From: an uncultured Chloroflexia bacterium
GTDB taxonomy: Bacteria; Chloroflexota; Limnocylindria; Limnocylindrales; CSP1-4
Assembly: GCA_963763775.1 (NCBI GenBank)
Contig: CAVXPZ010000001.1
Span: forward strand, 256,001-320,000
Length of the DNA: 64,000 bases
Direction: 5' to 3'
Shown: positions 20,765 to 33,025 of the stretch, piece after piece
Numbering within the stretch: the stretch's first letter is position 1
Layout of the letters: each line of letters opens with the position of its first letter
Notes under the pieces: model-generated
The model's input: the letters and a program-made list of their open reading frames with translations, nothing else
Database searches by the model: none
Told to the model about the DNA's origin: nothing
Made by a program: the position numbers and the translations under genes

Positions 20765-22729
20765 CGCAGCCACTCGAGGAGCTCGTCGGCGATCCGCTGG
20801 CTCGCGTCGCCGGGTTCGAAGTGCTGTCGGAGGAACGCCTCGCGGCGCTCCGGTCGCATCGCGGCATCACGCGGCTCGTCGAGGGCCGCCGCGAGGTCGC
20901 CGGGGCTGTGGACCGGGATCGCGACGCCGGCATCGACGTATCCCAGCAGGTCGCTCGCCGCGAGGCCCGTCGCGAGGAGGTTCGGCGTCCCGGTGACCAC
21001 GGCCTCGGTGAGCAGCGTCGAGTGGATGCCGAGGTGGGCATCGGCCGCGCCCAGGAGCCGGTACAGGTCGATCGACTGCACGATGCTGATCGGGGGCGGC
21101 GCGAAGTCGCCGGCCGTCGCGAGGCGCCTCGATGATCCGCCGGTAGGGTCCCTCGTCCCGCTCGGACGGGTGGAGCTTGACCACGAGATGGATCCGCGAC
21201 GCCGGCTGGCGGAAGAGGTCCGCGAGCGCGATGGGGTAGTGGAACCGCCGGTACATCCGGCCCCACGTGCCGGAGAGGACCACCAATCGGTCGCCCGACG
21301 CGACGCCGAGCTCGCGGCGGACCGCCTCGCGGTCCACGGGACGCGGATCCACGAGGTCAAGCCGTGGCGAGCCGCCGACGCGGACCTCGTCCGGACGGTA
21401 GGCGCTGACCGTCGTCAGCAGGTCCCGCTCCCACGGGCCGAAGACGTACGTCCGGTCCGGGAGGCGGAGCGCGGCCGGGCGCGACTGGTGGATGTAGCCC
21501 GTATGCCAGCGGTAGATGACGCCGTGCTGGATCGCGACCGAAGGGATGCCCTCCGCCGCCGCCGCCGCGAGCCAGTCCTGGCGGTGGTACTCGTCGGCGA
21601 GGAGGATGCCCGCCGGCTTGAGCCGGCGCAGGACGGCCCGGATCCGGGGCACGTCGTGGAGGGCGAGATACGCGGTGCGTCGCGTGCGGGTGGCGACCTT
21701 CGTCGTCAGGGCCGGGCCGAGGTCGACGCCGGCGGCCACCAGGGGCGTCGACCCCGCGGCGATCCGGTCGGCGATCGCGTCGGCCTGCGCCTGCGCCTCG
21801 GTCCGGCTGATCGCCGGCTCCTCCGTGTCGATGATGTCGAACGGCAGTGACCGTTTCCCGTCCGGCGCCCGCAGGCGCGACCACGTGTCGACGTCCGCGA
21901 GCTTCCCGCGGATGTCGATCTCGACCGGGTCGAGCCGCGTGCCCCGGAGCCGCTCGGCGACCGGCCCGATGTACGGGTTCAGGTCGCGTCGGCCGGTCGC
22001 CGTCTCGATCCGCTGGCGCACGTGGGCCTGCACGACCACCAGCGGACGACCGCCCTCGCCGGCCAACCGAGCCAGGCGCCGCCGGGAAGATCGCCGCCGG
22101 CGCTCGAGTCTCGGTGGCCAGACCCGCCATCGGATCCGGCCCAGGAGCGAGCGTCCCGGGCCGCGTCGTTTGGCCGTCGGACGATCTGCCGCGAGCGCGG
22201 TCGCCGGGGCGGCCGCGACGGGCGCGGTCTCGTCGCGGAACGCCAGACCGTCGCGTCGGGCGACCAGCCCCGCAGCCTCGACCAGCCCGGCGTCCGTGCC
22301 GTTCGCGCACTCGACCGCCGCCGCGCCGGGAGCCGCCCGGAGCGATGCGTCCACCACGGCCAGCCACAGCAGTTCGTCGAGGAGCCACATCCAGAATTCG
22401 AGGCGCGTGCCGTACCAGAAGGACGTCCCCTCGATGGTCAGCGCGGTCACCATGCCGGCGGCGTCGGCCCATCCGTCGAGCCCCGCGTAGGCCTCTGCGA
22501 TGAGGTCGCGCTCGGCGAGGATCCCGGCGACGAGCTCGCGTAACCCGATGACGTTCGGGCTCGCCGGCCCGGCCCAGGTCGTGTCCAGGACGACCACCAG
22601 GGTCCGCGCATCGACCGCCTCCGCGGCGGGCGGCGCCGGCGCGAAGCGCAGGGTGTCGCTCCGCGGGCCCGGCCCGGGTCCCGACTCGCGCGGGCCATCG
22701 GCCGATGACGCGGACGGGTCGACTGCCAT
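20761..22729 (-). CDS. Uncharacterised GT-B-like protein, candidate nonulosonate transferase (frameshift ~21125)
   Basis: AIQHG, VFG, GSPRLD, VKLHP, STLLTEA..GTP motifs resemble sialyltransferase/capsule GT-B proteins; first gene of the Leg operon with ATGA overlap to neuA. Confidence 0.6.
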
Positions 22730-22777
22730 GCGGCTGAGGATAGCGGCTTCCCGCAGGCGCCGGACCTGGCGGACGGG

Positions 22778-24291
22778 CTACGAGGTCGGGGGCGCCGGCC
22801 GTTCTGCGGGCGAGGCGGCGCCGGCGACGCCCGCGGGCAGCAACTCGTCGTAGAGGGCGAAGAGCGTCCCGAGCTGCGCTCCCCAGTGATAGCGCTCGTG
22901 TGCCACGCGAAGGACATGGGCTCGGAGCGCGGCACGCTCCTCGGGAGGCGCGAGCACGATCGTCGAGATCGCGGCCGCGATGGCGCGCGGCGAGGTGGGG
23001 TCGCACAGCACGCCGACGGCCTCCGGGCCGACGATCTCCGCCATGCCCGGCAGGTCCGACGCCACCACGGGCACGCCCGCGGCCATGCTCTCGAAGAGCT
23101 TCTGGGGCGTCGTGAACCGGTGGTTGACGGTCGTCGGCTGGATCGCCATGACCGCGACGTCCGCGGATGCGGTCCAGCGGAGGAGGTCGTCCGGCGGCAC
23201 CGCGGGCAGCAGGTAGACGCGACCCCGGTAGGGCGGCGCGGCCGTCTCTGCGGTGAGCCGCTCGAGCCAGGTCCCGAACCCGAGCAGGGCGAGGACCGCG
23301 CCCGGGACGTCGAGGATCGCCGCCATCGTCTGCTCGATGCCGCGCTCGCCCATGAGGTGGCCCTGGTAGATCGCGACCGGCGTCCCCGAGGCCAGTCCGA
23401 GGGCCTCCCGGATGAGGTCCGGCTCCGGGACCGGCGGGTCCCAGGCCTCCGGGCAGTTCATGACCACCGGAGGGCGCGGGACCCCGAGCTGTTCCACGAG
23501 CAGGTCCGCGTACGACGCGTTCACGGTCAGGACGCGGTCGGCTTCGCGCGCCCACCGCCGCTCCAGCCCGGCCAGGATCGACTTGGCCGGCCATCCGAGG
23601 CGGGCGAAGTCGCGCGACGCCATGTAGACGTCCCGGCTGTCGTAGATCGTGCGACCGCCGTGCTGCCGGCGCATGCGCGTCAGCGCGGGGAGGGAGCCGG
23701 CCCACATGCCGTGCCAGATGTCCGCGGGCTCGGCCACGGACTCGAGCGCCCACGCCCAGCCGAGCGGGCGCAGCGGGAACATCTTCGCGAGCCGCACCCA
23801 GCGTCGCGGGAGACGGGTCACGAACCGGAGGCCGCGGCCGATGAACGACCGCACCCCCGTCTCGCCGGCCGGCTCCCGGCCCGCCCGGTCGTCCTCGGAG
23901 GGGCCGCCGGCATCGCCCTCGTCCCGGGTGCCCGCCTCCGACCGACGGCGGCCGCCATGGCGCGCCGGGCGCGCCGCCGGGCGAGTCCGCGGAGCAGCGG
24001 GAAGGCCATCTGCCAATCGAAGGGCGCGCGGACCAATCGGTAGCCGTCCAGCTCCTCGACCGGCGGGAGGCCCGGGTGCCAGCGGGCGTAGACCGTCACG
24101 TCGTAGCCGGCGGCGATCGCGGACCGAGCCATCCGGATCGTCCGCGCGTCGAACTCCCCCGAGGAGTAGGAGAGATACGCGATGGACGGCCGTCGGGTGG
24201 TGTGGCCCGACGGATCCGGCGCCGTGCCCGTGGTCGACCCGGCAGGGTGCGCCGGTCGATCAGCGACCTCGTGCGGCGTGGCGTCGTCCAT
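22778..24291 (-). CDS. Glycosyltransferase family 4 (frameshift ~23940)
   Basis: DARTIRMA, YDSRD, VVMNCP, YQG...RG, PQKLFESMAAGVPVVASD; GAGGAG upstream of ATG 24291. Confidence 0.85.
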
Positions 24292-24400
24292 CCAGGCGGT
24301 CCACTCCTCGTATCGCGGCTCCGGTCACCGGGGCGGGCTGGCCGCCTGCCCACCATGCCACAGTCGGGCCGCGTTCGGGCAGGCGCGATATGCTCCGCCC

Positions 24401-25433
24401 ATGCCCGTCCTGCACAGCCGCCTCGGCGATTGGGACCTCGAGCACGTCCACGCCTGGTCCGACCGCGGGCTCGTCATCGCCGCGCCGGAGACGCCGATCA
24501 TCGGTCCTGACACGCGGGTCGCGACCATCGGCAGCTGTTTCGCAGCGGAGCTCGCCGAGATGATGGACACGGTCGGGATCCAGGGGGCGATGCATCCGGG
24601 TGGCCTGTTCTACTCCACCACCACGATCCGCCAGGAGCTCGAACGGCTGGCGGGCGGCTGGCCGGAGCGGGCGGGGGAGCCGTCCTGGTCTGTCGCGGGC
24701 GGCGTCATCGACCCCTTCCGCGACTACGACACCGTGTACCCCGACGAGGCCGACCTCCAGGCGCTCGCGATCGGCGGCCGACGCCGCGGCCGATGCCGTC
24801 TTCCGCGGCGCCAGCGTCGTCGTCGTGACGCTCGGTCTCATCGAGGTCTGGCGCAGCCGCGAGACCGGCAACACGTTCCGGCAGATCCCGCATCCGGCCG
24901 TCTTCCCCGCCTTGGCCCCGACCTTCCACCGACTCACGGTCGACGAGATGCTCGCGGACCTCGAGCGGATCCGGACCATCGTGCGCGACCGCCTCGGTGC
25001 CCAGCTCATCGTCACGACGTCGCCGGTCCCGCTCCACACGACCTTCACGGCCCTCGACGTGCGGGTCGCCAACACGGAGTCGAAGAGCCGGATCCGGGCC
25101 GCCGTCTCGGAGTTCCTCGACCGGCACCCGGACGTCCACTACTTCCACTCGTACGAGATGGTCGTCACGGCGGAGCGTCAGAGCGACTACTTCCGGGACG
25201 ACGGCCGGCACGTGCATCGGCATGCCGTCCGCTACATCGTCGCGGAGTTCCTTCGCCTGTTCGGCGAGCCGTCGCTCCATCTCGCGGACGTCGACGCCAG
25301 CTGGCTGACCCCGATCGAGAAGACCAAGCCGATCCCGACGAAGGAGACGGCCCCCAAGCCGAGGGCACCGCTCTGGCGTCGCGCGGTGCGTCGCGCGAGG
25401 CGCTCGGCGCGGTCGATGCTCGGGCGCGCCTGA
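24401..25433 (+). CDS. GSCFA-domain (SGNH-like) protein (frameshift ~24770)
   Basis: VATIGSCFA, VTLGLIEVW, TTSPVPL, SKSRIRAA, YFHSYE, DGRH. Confidence 0.85.
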
Positions 25434-25440
25434 GGCTCGG

Positions 25441-26745
25441 TCAGGCCTCGACCGACCACCCGGCGCCGAGCCGCAGGACCTGCCGGTCCCGGGCGCCGCG
25501 GCCCCGCGACGAGTTGACCGTGTCGACGACCAGCCCGGCCTGGGCGTAGACCGCCGCCCAGTCGATGGCGCGATGGGCGGTCACGACGACGATCACGTCG
25601 GCCCAGGCCAGGAGCTCGGGGAGGGCGACGCTCGATCGCTCCACGTCGTCGTCGTCGCGGAACGTCGCGACCAGCGGGTCGTGGTAGCGGACATCGCCGC
25701 CGCGGGACGCGAGCCCCGCGAGCACCCCGGCCGCGGGCGAGTTGCGCGGATCCTGGACGTCGGGCTTGAAGGCCACCCCGACGACGCCGACCTTCGCCCC
25801 CTTGAGCGCCTTCGAGCGGTCGTTGAGCGCCTCGGCCACGAGGTCGACGACGTGTCGCGGCATCGCGAGGTTGATGTCGCCGGCAAGCTCGATGAACCGG
25901 TCGATGAAGTCGAACTCGCGCGCCCGCCACGACAGGTAGTACGGGTCCACGGGGATGCAGTGCCCGCCCACGCCGGGTCCCGGCGTGAACCGCATGAACC
26001 CGAACGGCTTCGTGGCCGCGGCGTCGATGACCTCCCAGACGTCGAGACCCATGCGCTCGCACAGGAGCGCGAGCTGGTTCACGAACGCGATATTGATGTT
26101 GCGGAACACGTTCTCGAGCAGCTTCGCGAGCTCGGCCGCATCGGGCGACGAGAGCTCGATGACCGTGTCGTTGACGTGGCGCAGGAGCGCGGCGGCGCGC
26201 GTGGTGGCGGCCGCCGTCATCCCGCCGACGAGTCGTGGCACCGCCCGCGCCGCGCTCGCCGGATCGCCGGGGTTCACGCGCTCCGGGGCGTAGGCGAGGT
26301 CGAAGTCCACGCCCGCGTGCAGGCCGCTGGCCTCCACCACCTCGCGGAACGGGCCGACGGTCGTGCCCGGGAAGGTCGTCGACTGGAGCACGATCAACTG
26401 CCCGGCCCGGATGTGGTCGCGGATGTACGCGGCCGCGTCGAGGACCGGGCCGAGGTCCGGGTCCTTCGTCGCGTTGATCGGGGTCGGCACGCACACGAAG
26501 ACCGCGTCGGCCTCCGCGAGGGCCGCATCCGCCTGCGTGGCGACGCGGAACGAGCCGTCCAGCGCGCGCCCGAGCCGCTCGTCGGTGATGTCGTCGATCG
26601 GGGAGCGCCGCGCCGCCAGCGTGGCCACGCGCGTCGTCGAGACGTCGACGCCCTGGACGACCAGGCCCGCCTCGGCGAAGGCGATGGCGAGCGGCAGGCC
26701 GACGTAGCCGAGGCCGATGACGGCCACCTGGGTATCGCGGGTCAT
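25441..26745 (-). CDS. UDP-N-acetylhexosamine/nucleotide-sugar dehydrogenase (WbpA/WecC family)
   Basis: IGLGYVGLPLA, CVPTP, PERVNPG, KLLENVFR, GVGGHCIPVDP; AGAGGAG before ATG 26745. Confidence 0.92.
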   Translation of the reverse strand: MTRDTQVAVIGLGYVGLPLAIAFAEAGLVVQGVDVSTTRVATLAARRSPIDDITDERLGRALDGSFRVATQADAALAEADAVFVCVPTPINATKDPDLGPVLDAAAYIRDHIRAGQLIVLQSTTFPGTTVGPFREVVEASGLHAGVDFDLAYAPERVNPGDPASAARAVPRLVGGMTAAATTRAAALLRHVNDTVIELSSPDAAELAKLLENVFRNINIAFVNQLALLCERMGLDVWEVIDAAATKPFGFMRFTPGPGVGGHCIPVDPYYLSWRAREFDFIDRFIELAGDINLAMPRHVVDLVAEALNDRSKALKGAKVGVVGVAFKPDVQDPRNSPAAGVLAGLASRGGDVRYHDPLVATFRDDDDVERSSVALPELLAWADVIVVVTAHRAIDWAAVYAQAGLVVDTVNSSRGRGARDRQVLRLGAGWSVEA

Positions 26746-26938
26746 TCGGTGCTCCTCTGTGGTCGCGGTCCGCCGTGACCGGCGAGGGGTCTCGGGCGGT
26801 GGGTCGCGACGCGATGGGCGGAGGCGTGATCGTCGGACGGCGACGACACGGTCGGTGTGGTGCCACAAGGCTAGCGCGATGCGGGTCGCCACGCCTCGGT
26901 CGTGGGCGGCGGGATGCCCCTGCTACCATCGCGCTCCC

Positions 26939-28585
26939 ATGAGCGAGCGTCCCCGCTACTACCTCACCACGGCCATCGCGTACGCGAACAACAAGCCCGG
27001 TGTCCACACCCTGTACGAGGTCATCGGCGCCGATGTGATCGCGCGCTGGCACCGCATGCGGGGCGATGACACGCGCTTCCTGACGGGCACGGACGAGCAC
27101 TCGATCAACATCGCGCAGAGCGCCATCGACGAGGGTCGGTCGCCCCGCGCGTTCGTCGACGAGAAGGTCGGGTACTTCCGCACGGCGGAGGCCGCCCTCG
27201 GGATCAGCCCGGACCGGTTCATCCGCACCACCGACCCGGACCACATCCGCTCGGCGCAGGAGATGGTCCGCCGGGCCCATGCCAACGGCGACATCTACCT
27301 CGGGACCTACGAGGGCTGGTATTGCCCCAACGAGGGCTTCCGCAACGCCACGGACGTCCAGGAGACGGCGCGCGGGACGATCTGCCCGAACCATCCCGAG
27401 GTCCCGCTCCAGTGGCTCACCGAGCGCAACTGGTTCTTCCGGCTCTCCGCCTACCAGGAGCGCCTCGAGCGCTACTACGCGGAGCACCCGGACTTCGTCC
27501 AGCCCGACTACCGGCGCAACGAGATGCTGGGCTTCATCCGCGGGGGCCTCGAGGACTTCTCGATCTCGCGTGAGCGGACCCCCGGCGGCTGGGGGATCCC
27601 ATTCCCGATCGCGGAGGACGGCGAGACCGCGCAACGCGAGGACGGCAGCTGGGACCCCGAGGCCGGCGTGATCTACGTCTGGTACGACGCCCTGATCAAC
27701 TACATCACCGGCGCCGGGTTCCCCGACGATGCAGCGGCCTTCGCGCACTGGTGGCCGGCCGACCTGCACGTGATCGGCAAGGACATCGCGCGGTTCCACA
27801 CGATCTTCTGGCCGGCGATGCTGTGGAGCGCCGGCCTCGAGGCGCCGCGCCACGTCTGGGTCCACGGCTGGCTGCTGGCCGCGGGCGGCGAGCGCATGAG
27901 CAAGAGCCGCGGCAACTTCCTCGACCCCGACGATTTCGTGGCCGCGTTCGGTGGCGACGCGGCGCGCTACGTCGTGCTCCGCGAGGTCCCCTTCGACCGC
28001 GACGCGGAAGTCTCGTGGGACTCGTTCGTCCGCCGCTACAACGCGGACCTGGCCAACGATTTCGGCAACCTCGTCAATCGCACCGTCTCCATGACGAACC
28101 GGTACCTGGACGGGGAGCGACCAGCACCGCGACCCGCGGCGAGTTCCGCCCTGGCCCTGCGGTGGGCGGACGTCCTGCCGGTGGTCCAGGCTCGCCTCGA
28201 GGGCTGCCTGCTCCACGAGGCGCTCGCCGAGCTGTGGACGTTCGTCGGCGATGCGAACAAGGTGGTCGACGCGGAACGGCCGTGGGACCTCGCGAAGGCC
28301 CGAGCGGCGGGGGACGATGTCGCCGGCGAGCGGCTGGCGGGCGTGCTGGGCGATCTCGTCGAGACGTGCCGGCTGATCGGGCTGGCGGCGGCGCCGTTCA
28401 TGCCGGGCGTGGCCCCGCGCGTCCTGACCCAGCTCGGCTACGACCATCCGTACGATGCCGCCGGCAACGGCGGCCCGCCCATCCTCGACGAGCTCACCTG
28501 GGGCGCGCACGCCGCCGAACCCGGTCGCGTGACCGCGCCGGAGCCGCTCTTCCCGCGGCTCGACACCGAAACCGCCTCCGGCTGA
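26939..28585 (+). CDS. metG: Methionine--tRNA ligase (short form; HIGH motif reads GVHT)
   Basis: YLTTAIAY, FLTGTDEH, FIRTT, YEGWYC, DFSISR, YVWYDALINY, IGKDI.RFH, RMSKS, LANDFGNL. Confidence 0.95.
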   Translation: MSERPRYYLTTAIAYANNKPGVHTLYEVIGADVIARWHRMRGDDTRFLTGTDEHSINIAQSAIDEGRSPRAFVDEKVGYFRTAEAALGISPDRFIRTTDPDHIRSAQEMVRRAHANGDIYLGTYEGWYCPNEGFRNATDVQETARGTICPNHPEVPLQWLTERNWFFRLSAYQERLERYYAEHPDFVQPDYRRNEMLGFIRGGLEDFSISRERTPGGWGIPFPIAEDGETAQREDGSWDPEAGVIYVWYDALINYITGAGFPDDAAAFAHWWPADLHVIGKDIARFHTIFWPAMLWSAGLEAPRHVWVHGWLLAAGGERMSKSRGNFLDPDDFVAAFGGDAARYVVLREVPFDRDAEVSWDSFVRRYNADLANDFGNLVNRTVSMTNRYLDGERPAPRPAASSALALRWADVLPVVQARLEGCLLHEALAELWTFVGDANKVVDAERPWDLAKARAAGDDVAGERLAGVLGDLVETCRLIGLAAAPFMPGVAPRVLTQLGYDHPYDAAGNGGPPILDELTWGAHAAEPGRVTAPEPLFPRLDTETASG

Positions 28586-28594
28586 CATCGACCC

Positions 28595-29425
28595 GTGGCG
28601 CTCGTCGACAGCCACTGCCACCTCAACGCGGACCGGTTCGACGGGGACGTCGACCTCGTGATCGGCGGGGCGCGGCTCGCCGGCGTCGAGCGGATCCTCG
28701 TCCCAGGCTGGAACGTCGCCTCGTCCGCGCGGGCCCTCGCCCTCCTCGACCGATTCCCGTGGCTCGACGCGGCCGTCGGCGTCCATCCGCATGACGCGGC
28801 GAAGGTCGATGGCGACGGCTGGGCGACCATCGTCGCCATGGCCTCGGACGACCGGGTGGTGGCGATCGGGGAGACCGGGCTCGACTATGACCGGGTGTTC
28901 AGTCCCATCGAGGACCAGCTCACGAACCTGCGCCGCGATCTCGACCTCGCGCTCGCGACGGGCAAGCCCGCGATCCTGCACTGCCGTTCCGCGGATGGCC
29001 GTCGTGACGCCCAGGATGCGCTGGTCGCGGAGCTCACGGCCGCCGGTGTGGGCGATGCCCGCTGGGCGGCGGCGTTCGGGGACCGCCCACCGGCCGTCAT
29101 CCACTCGTACTCCGGGCCGCCCGACTACGGCCGCACGGTCATCGACATGGGGCTCGCCGTCAGCTTCTCCGGCCTCGTCTTCCGGTCCGGCGAGGAAGCC
29201 TCGAGCGAGGTCGTGGGCCTCGTGCCGGCCGATCGGCTGCTGGTCGAGACCGATTCGCCGTTCCTCGCACCACCCGGCGCACCACGGTCACGAAACGAAC
29301 CGGAGTGGGTTCGCGTCACATCGGCATGGGTCGCCGAGCGCCGCGGCGTCTCCATCGAGGCTCTCGGCGCGTCGCTGATCGTTTCCTACGACCGCACGTT
29401 CGGTCGTGAACGGAGGAACCCGTGA
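28595..29425 (+). CDS. tatD: TatD family DNase/hydrolase
   Basis: DSHCHL, GVHPH, GETGLDY, HCR, ETDSP; classic position after metG. Confidence 0.92.
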   Translation: MALVDSHCHLNADRFDGDVDLVIGGARLAGVERILVPGWNVASSARALALLDRFPWLDAAVGVHPHDAAKVDGDGWATIVAMASDDRVVAIGETGLDYDRVFSPIEDQLTNLRRDLDLALATGKPAILHCRSADGRRDAQDALVAELTAAGVGDARWAAAFGDRPPAVIHSYSGPPDYGRTVIDMGLAVSFSGLVFRSGEEASSEVVGLVPADRLLVETDSPFLAPPGAPRSRNEPEWVRVTSAWVAERRGVSIEALGASLIVSYDRTFGRERRNP

Positions 29426-30100
29426 ACAGCCTCCAGCGCCGCTCGACCATCGGCAGCCTGATCGTCCTCGTCGCGCTGCTCGCGAGCGCCTGCAGCCAGG
29501 CCGCCGCGACCATCAGCCCGACCGCGAGCGCCGTCGCCTCGGCGAGTGCGGCGGCCGTCGCCACCGCGACGTCGGCCCCGACCGCGTCACCGACCGCGAC
29601 ACCGACCGCGACACCGCACGCCGACCCCCACCGCGGAGCCGAGCCCGACCCCGAAGGCGACGCCCTGCCCGGTCAAGCCGACGTCCGGCAAGATCCCGTC
29701 CGACCGCCTCGTCGACGTGAAGACCGCGACCGGAGCCGATGCCGACACCCTGACGTTCGTGTTCGGCAACATGTCCGTGCCAGGTCCCGGCGGCCCGCCC
29801 ACCGGTGCGCTGGAGGCGGCGAAGCCGCCGTTCACCTACGGGCCGAGCGGGTTGCCGATCGTGATGGTGGGGAAGCACGTGGTCCAGGTGGTCTTCCGCG
29901 GGATGTCGATCGTCGCGGACACCGGCGACCCGGTCTACACCGGGCCGGCCAGGCTCTCGCCGGACTACCCGGCGCTCAAGCACGCCGTCGAATTCGACGA
30001 GTCCGAGGGGCAGGTCGGTTGGTACGTCGGCTACGACGGCCCGGGCTGCGTCACCCTCAAGACGACCGGGAACGACGTCACCCTCACGATCGCGCACTAG
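29422..30100 (+). CDS. Lipoprotein with Pro/Thr linker and AMIN-like domain (frameshift ~29617)
   Basis: GGAGG SD, signal peptide with LASAC lipobox, PTAT repeats, beta-rich C-terminal domain in ORF 29546..30100. Confidence 0.7.
29578..29616 (+). repeat. Coding 12-nt tandem repeat (CCGACCGCG[T/A]CA) x3
   Basis: Directly visible; encodes the PTAS/PTAT linker. Confidence 0.7.
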
Positions 30101-30151
30101 GCGCACGGCGAACGTCCGGGTCGTCCGGATGCGGCTCGGACGTCCGGCGAG

Positions 30152-30181
30152 TTGACAGGCCCGGTCGTGGTTCGCTAGTCT
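30152..30181 (+). promoter_or_regulatory. Sigma-70-type promoter of groESL
   Basis: TTGACA-18 nt-TAGTCT immediately upstream of CIRCE. Confidence 0.75.
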
Positions 30182-30185
30182 CCAC

Positions 30186-30212
30186 TTGGCACTCTCCTAC
30201 CGAGAGTGCCAA
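30186..30212. promoter_or_regulatory. CIRCE element (HrcA operator)
   Basis: TTGGCACTC-N9-GAGTGCCAA upstream of groES. Confidence 0.95.
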
Positions 30213-30407
30213 GTATCGCGTGAGGCACCGCCAGGATCCGACAGCGCCGGCCAGAAGAGGTGGCCGGGCGGAGGGTCGGAAAGGACGGCCACGCGATGCG
30301 CGACCAGATGTCATGGGACGAGGGCTCCCTGGCCCCACACGGCCGGCTCGACGTCCCCGGATCCACGCCCGACGGCCGGACCGGCCGTCCACCAGGAGGA
30401 AGGCACG

Positions 30408-30722
30408 TTGGCAAAGGCCACTGCGCACGCGACCAAGCTTCGCCCATTGGGCGATCGCGTGGTCATCAAGCCCAGCGAGCGGGAGGAGATGACCAAGAGC
30501 GGCATCGTCCTGCCGGACACCGCGAAGGAGAAGCCCCAGGAGGGCACGATCATCGCCGCCGGCCCCGGCCGCGTCCTCGAGGACGGCAAGCGCGAGGCGA
30601 TGGACGTCAAGGTCGGCGACAAGGTCCTCTACGCGAAGTACGCCGGGACCGAGTTCAAGGTCGAAGGCGATGACCTGCTCATCGTCAAGCAGTCGGACAT
30701 CCTGGCGGTCGTCGCGGACTGA
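30408..30722 (+). CDS. groES: Co-chaperonin GroES
   Basis: AGGAGG SD with TTG start; [30 protein letters not shown]. Confidence 0.97.
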   Translation: MAKATAHATKLRPLGDRVVIKPSEREEMTKSGIVLPDTAKEKPQEGTIIAAGPGRVLEDGKREAMDVKVGDKVLYAKYAGTEFKVEGDDLLIVKQSDILAVVAD

Positions 30723-32402
<1,680 letters not shown>

Positions 32403-32426
32403 GCTTCGGCCTCGTCCACATCGCCT

Positions 32427-32455
32427 CGAAGGCCCCGGCACCGCCGGGGCCTTCG
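32427..32455 (+). terminator. 13-bp GC stem-loop after groEL
   Basis: CGAAGGCCCCGGC-ACC-GCCGGGGCCTTCG; weak U-tract. Confidence 0.75.
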
Positions 32456-32509
32456 CGATTCCCGGTCGTGGTACGGTCGAGACCAGGACGGCGACGCGAT
32501 GGAGGCGAG

Positions 32510-32926
32510 ATGGATCGGCGGGATGTTGCACGGGTGAGGTCCCTGGCGATGGTCGTCGCCGCGGTCGTGCTGGTCGTGGCCTGCGGCACGAATGGCGGGT
32601 CCGCGGCGACGACGACCCTGACCGCGAGTGCGAACGGCACGACGGTCCAGGCGTCCGTCGGTGAGCACCTGCTGATCGGCCTCGAGGCCAACCCGACCAC
32701 CGGATACCTCTGGCAGGTCCAGCCCGGGCTCGATCCCGCGGTCGTCAGCTTCGTCGGTCAGGACTACCAGGAAGGCCCGGCCGCGAGCGGCATCGTCGGC
32801 GCTGGTGGGACGGACACCCTCGAATTCCTCGCGGCTGGCGCCGGCACGACGACGATCGACCTGGCGTACGCGCGGGCCGGCGGGGCGCCCGCGTCCACGT
32901 TCAGCGTCACGGTGGAGGTCAAGTGA
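32510..32926 (+). CDS. Chagasin-family (I42) peptidase inhibitor lipoprotein
   Basis: NPTTGYLW and VGAGG motifs; VVAC lipobox; GGAGG before ATG 32510. Confidence 0.85.
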   Translation: MDRRDVARVRSLAMVVAAVVLVVACGTNGGSAATTTLTASANGTTVQASVGEHLLIGLEANPTTGYLWQVQPGLDPAVVSFVGQDYQEGPAASGIVGAGGTDTLEFLAAGAGTTTIDLAYARAGGAPASTFSVTVEVK

Positions 32927-33025
32927 GCGCGCGCCGGCGGCGCCGACCGTTTGACAGGGTCGGCCCGTCACGATGACCCTGACGTGGGTCGTCCACGGGC
33001 GGTCCGCCCGTACGCAAGGAGTCAC

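Noticed and set aside
26746-26938. Possible T-box or SAM riboswitch upstream of metG
   Set aside because: No T-box or S-box consensus visible; a -10 hexamer lies directly before the start codon, leaving no room for a leader.
25232-29104. Very long alternative-frame ORFs (e.g. 1290 aa at 25232-29104, 1120 aa at 48927-52289, 997 aa at 38860-41853, 862 aa at 4992-7580)
   Set aside because: Arg/Gly/Pro-rich or antisense shadow ORFs overlapping well-supported genes; expected at this GC content and without recognisable motifs (only the last 178 aa of 38860-41853, the DinB gene, is real).
29560-29660. Short tandem repeats as a possible CRISPR array or VNTR system
   Set aside because: Three 12-nt in-frame units encoding a Pro/Thr linker; no spacers and no cas genes.
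32951-32985. TTGACA upstream of the first LppX-like gene as a promoter
   Set aside because: No convincing -10 hexamer at 16-18 nt spacing.
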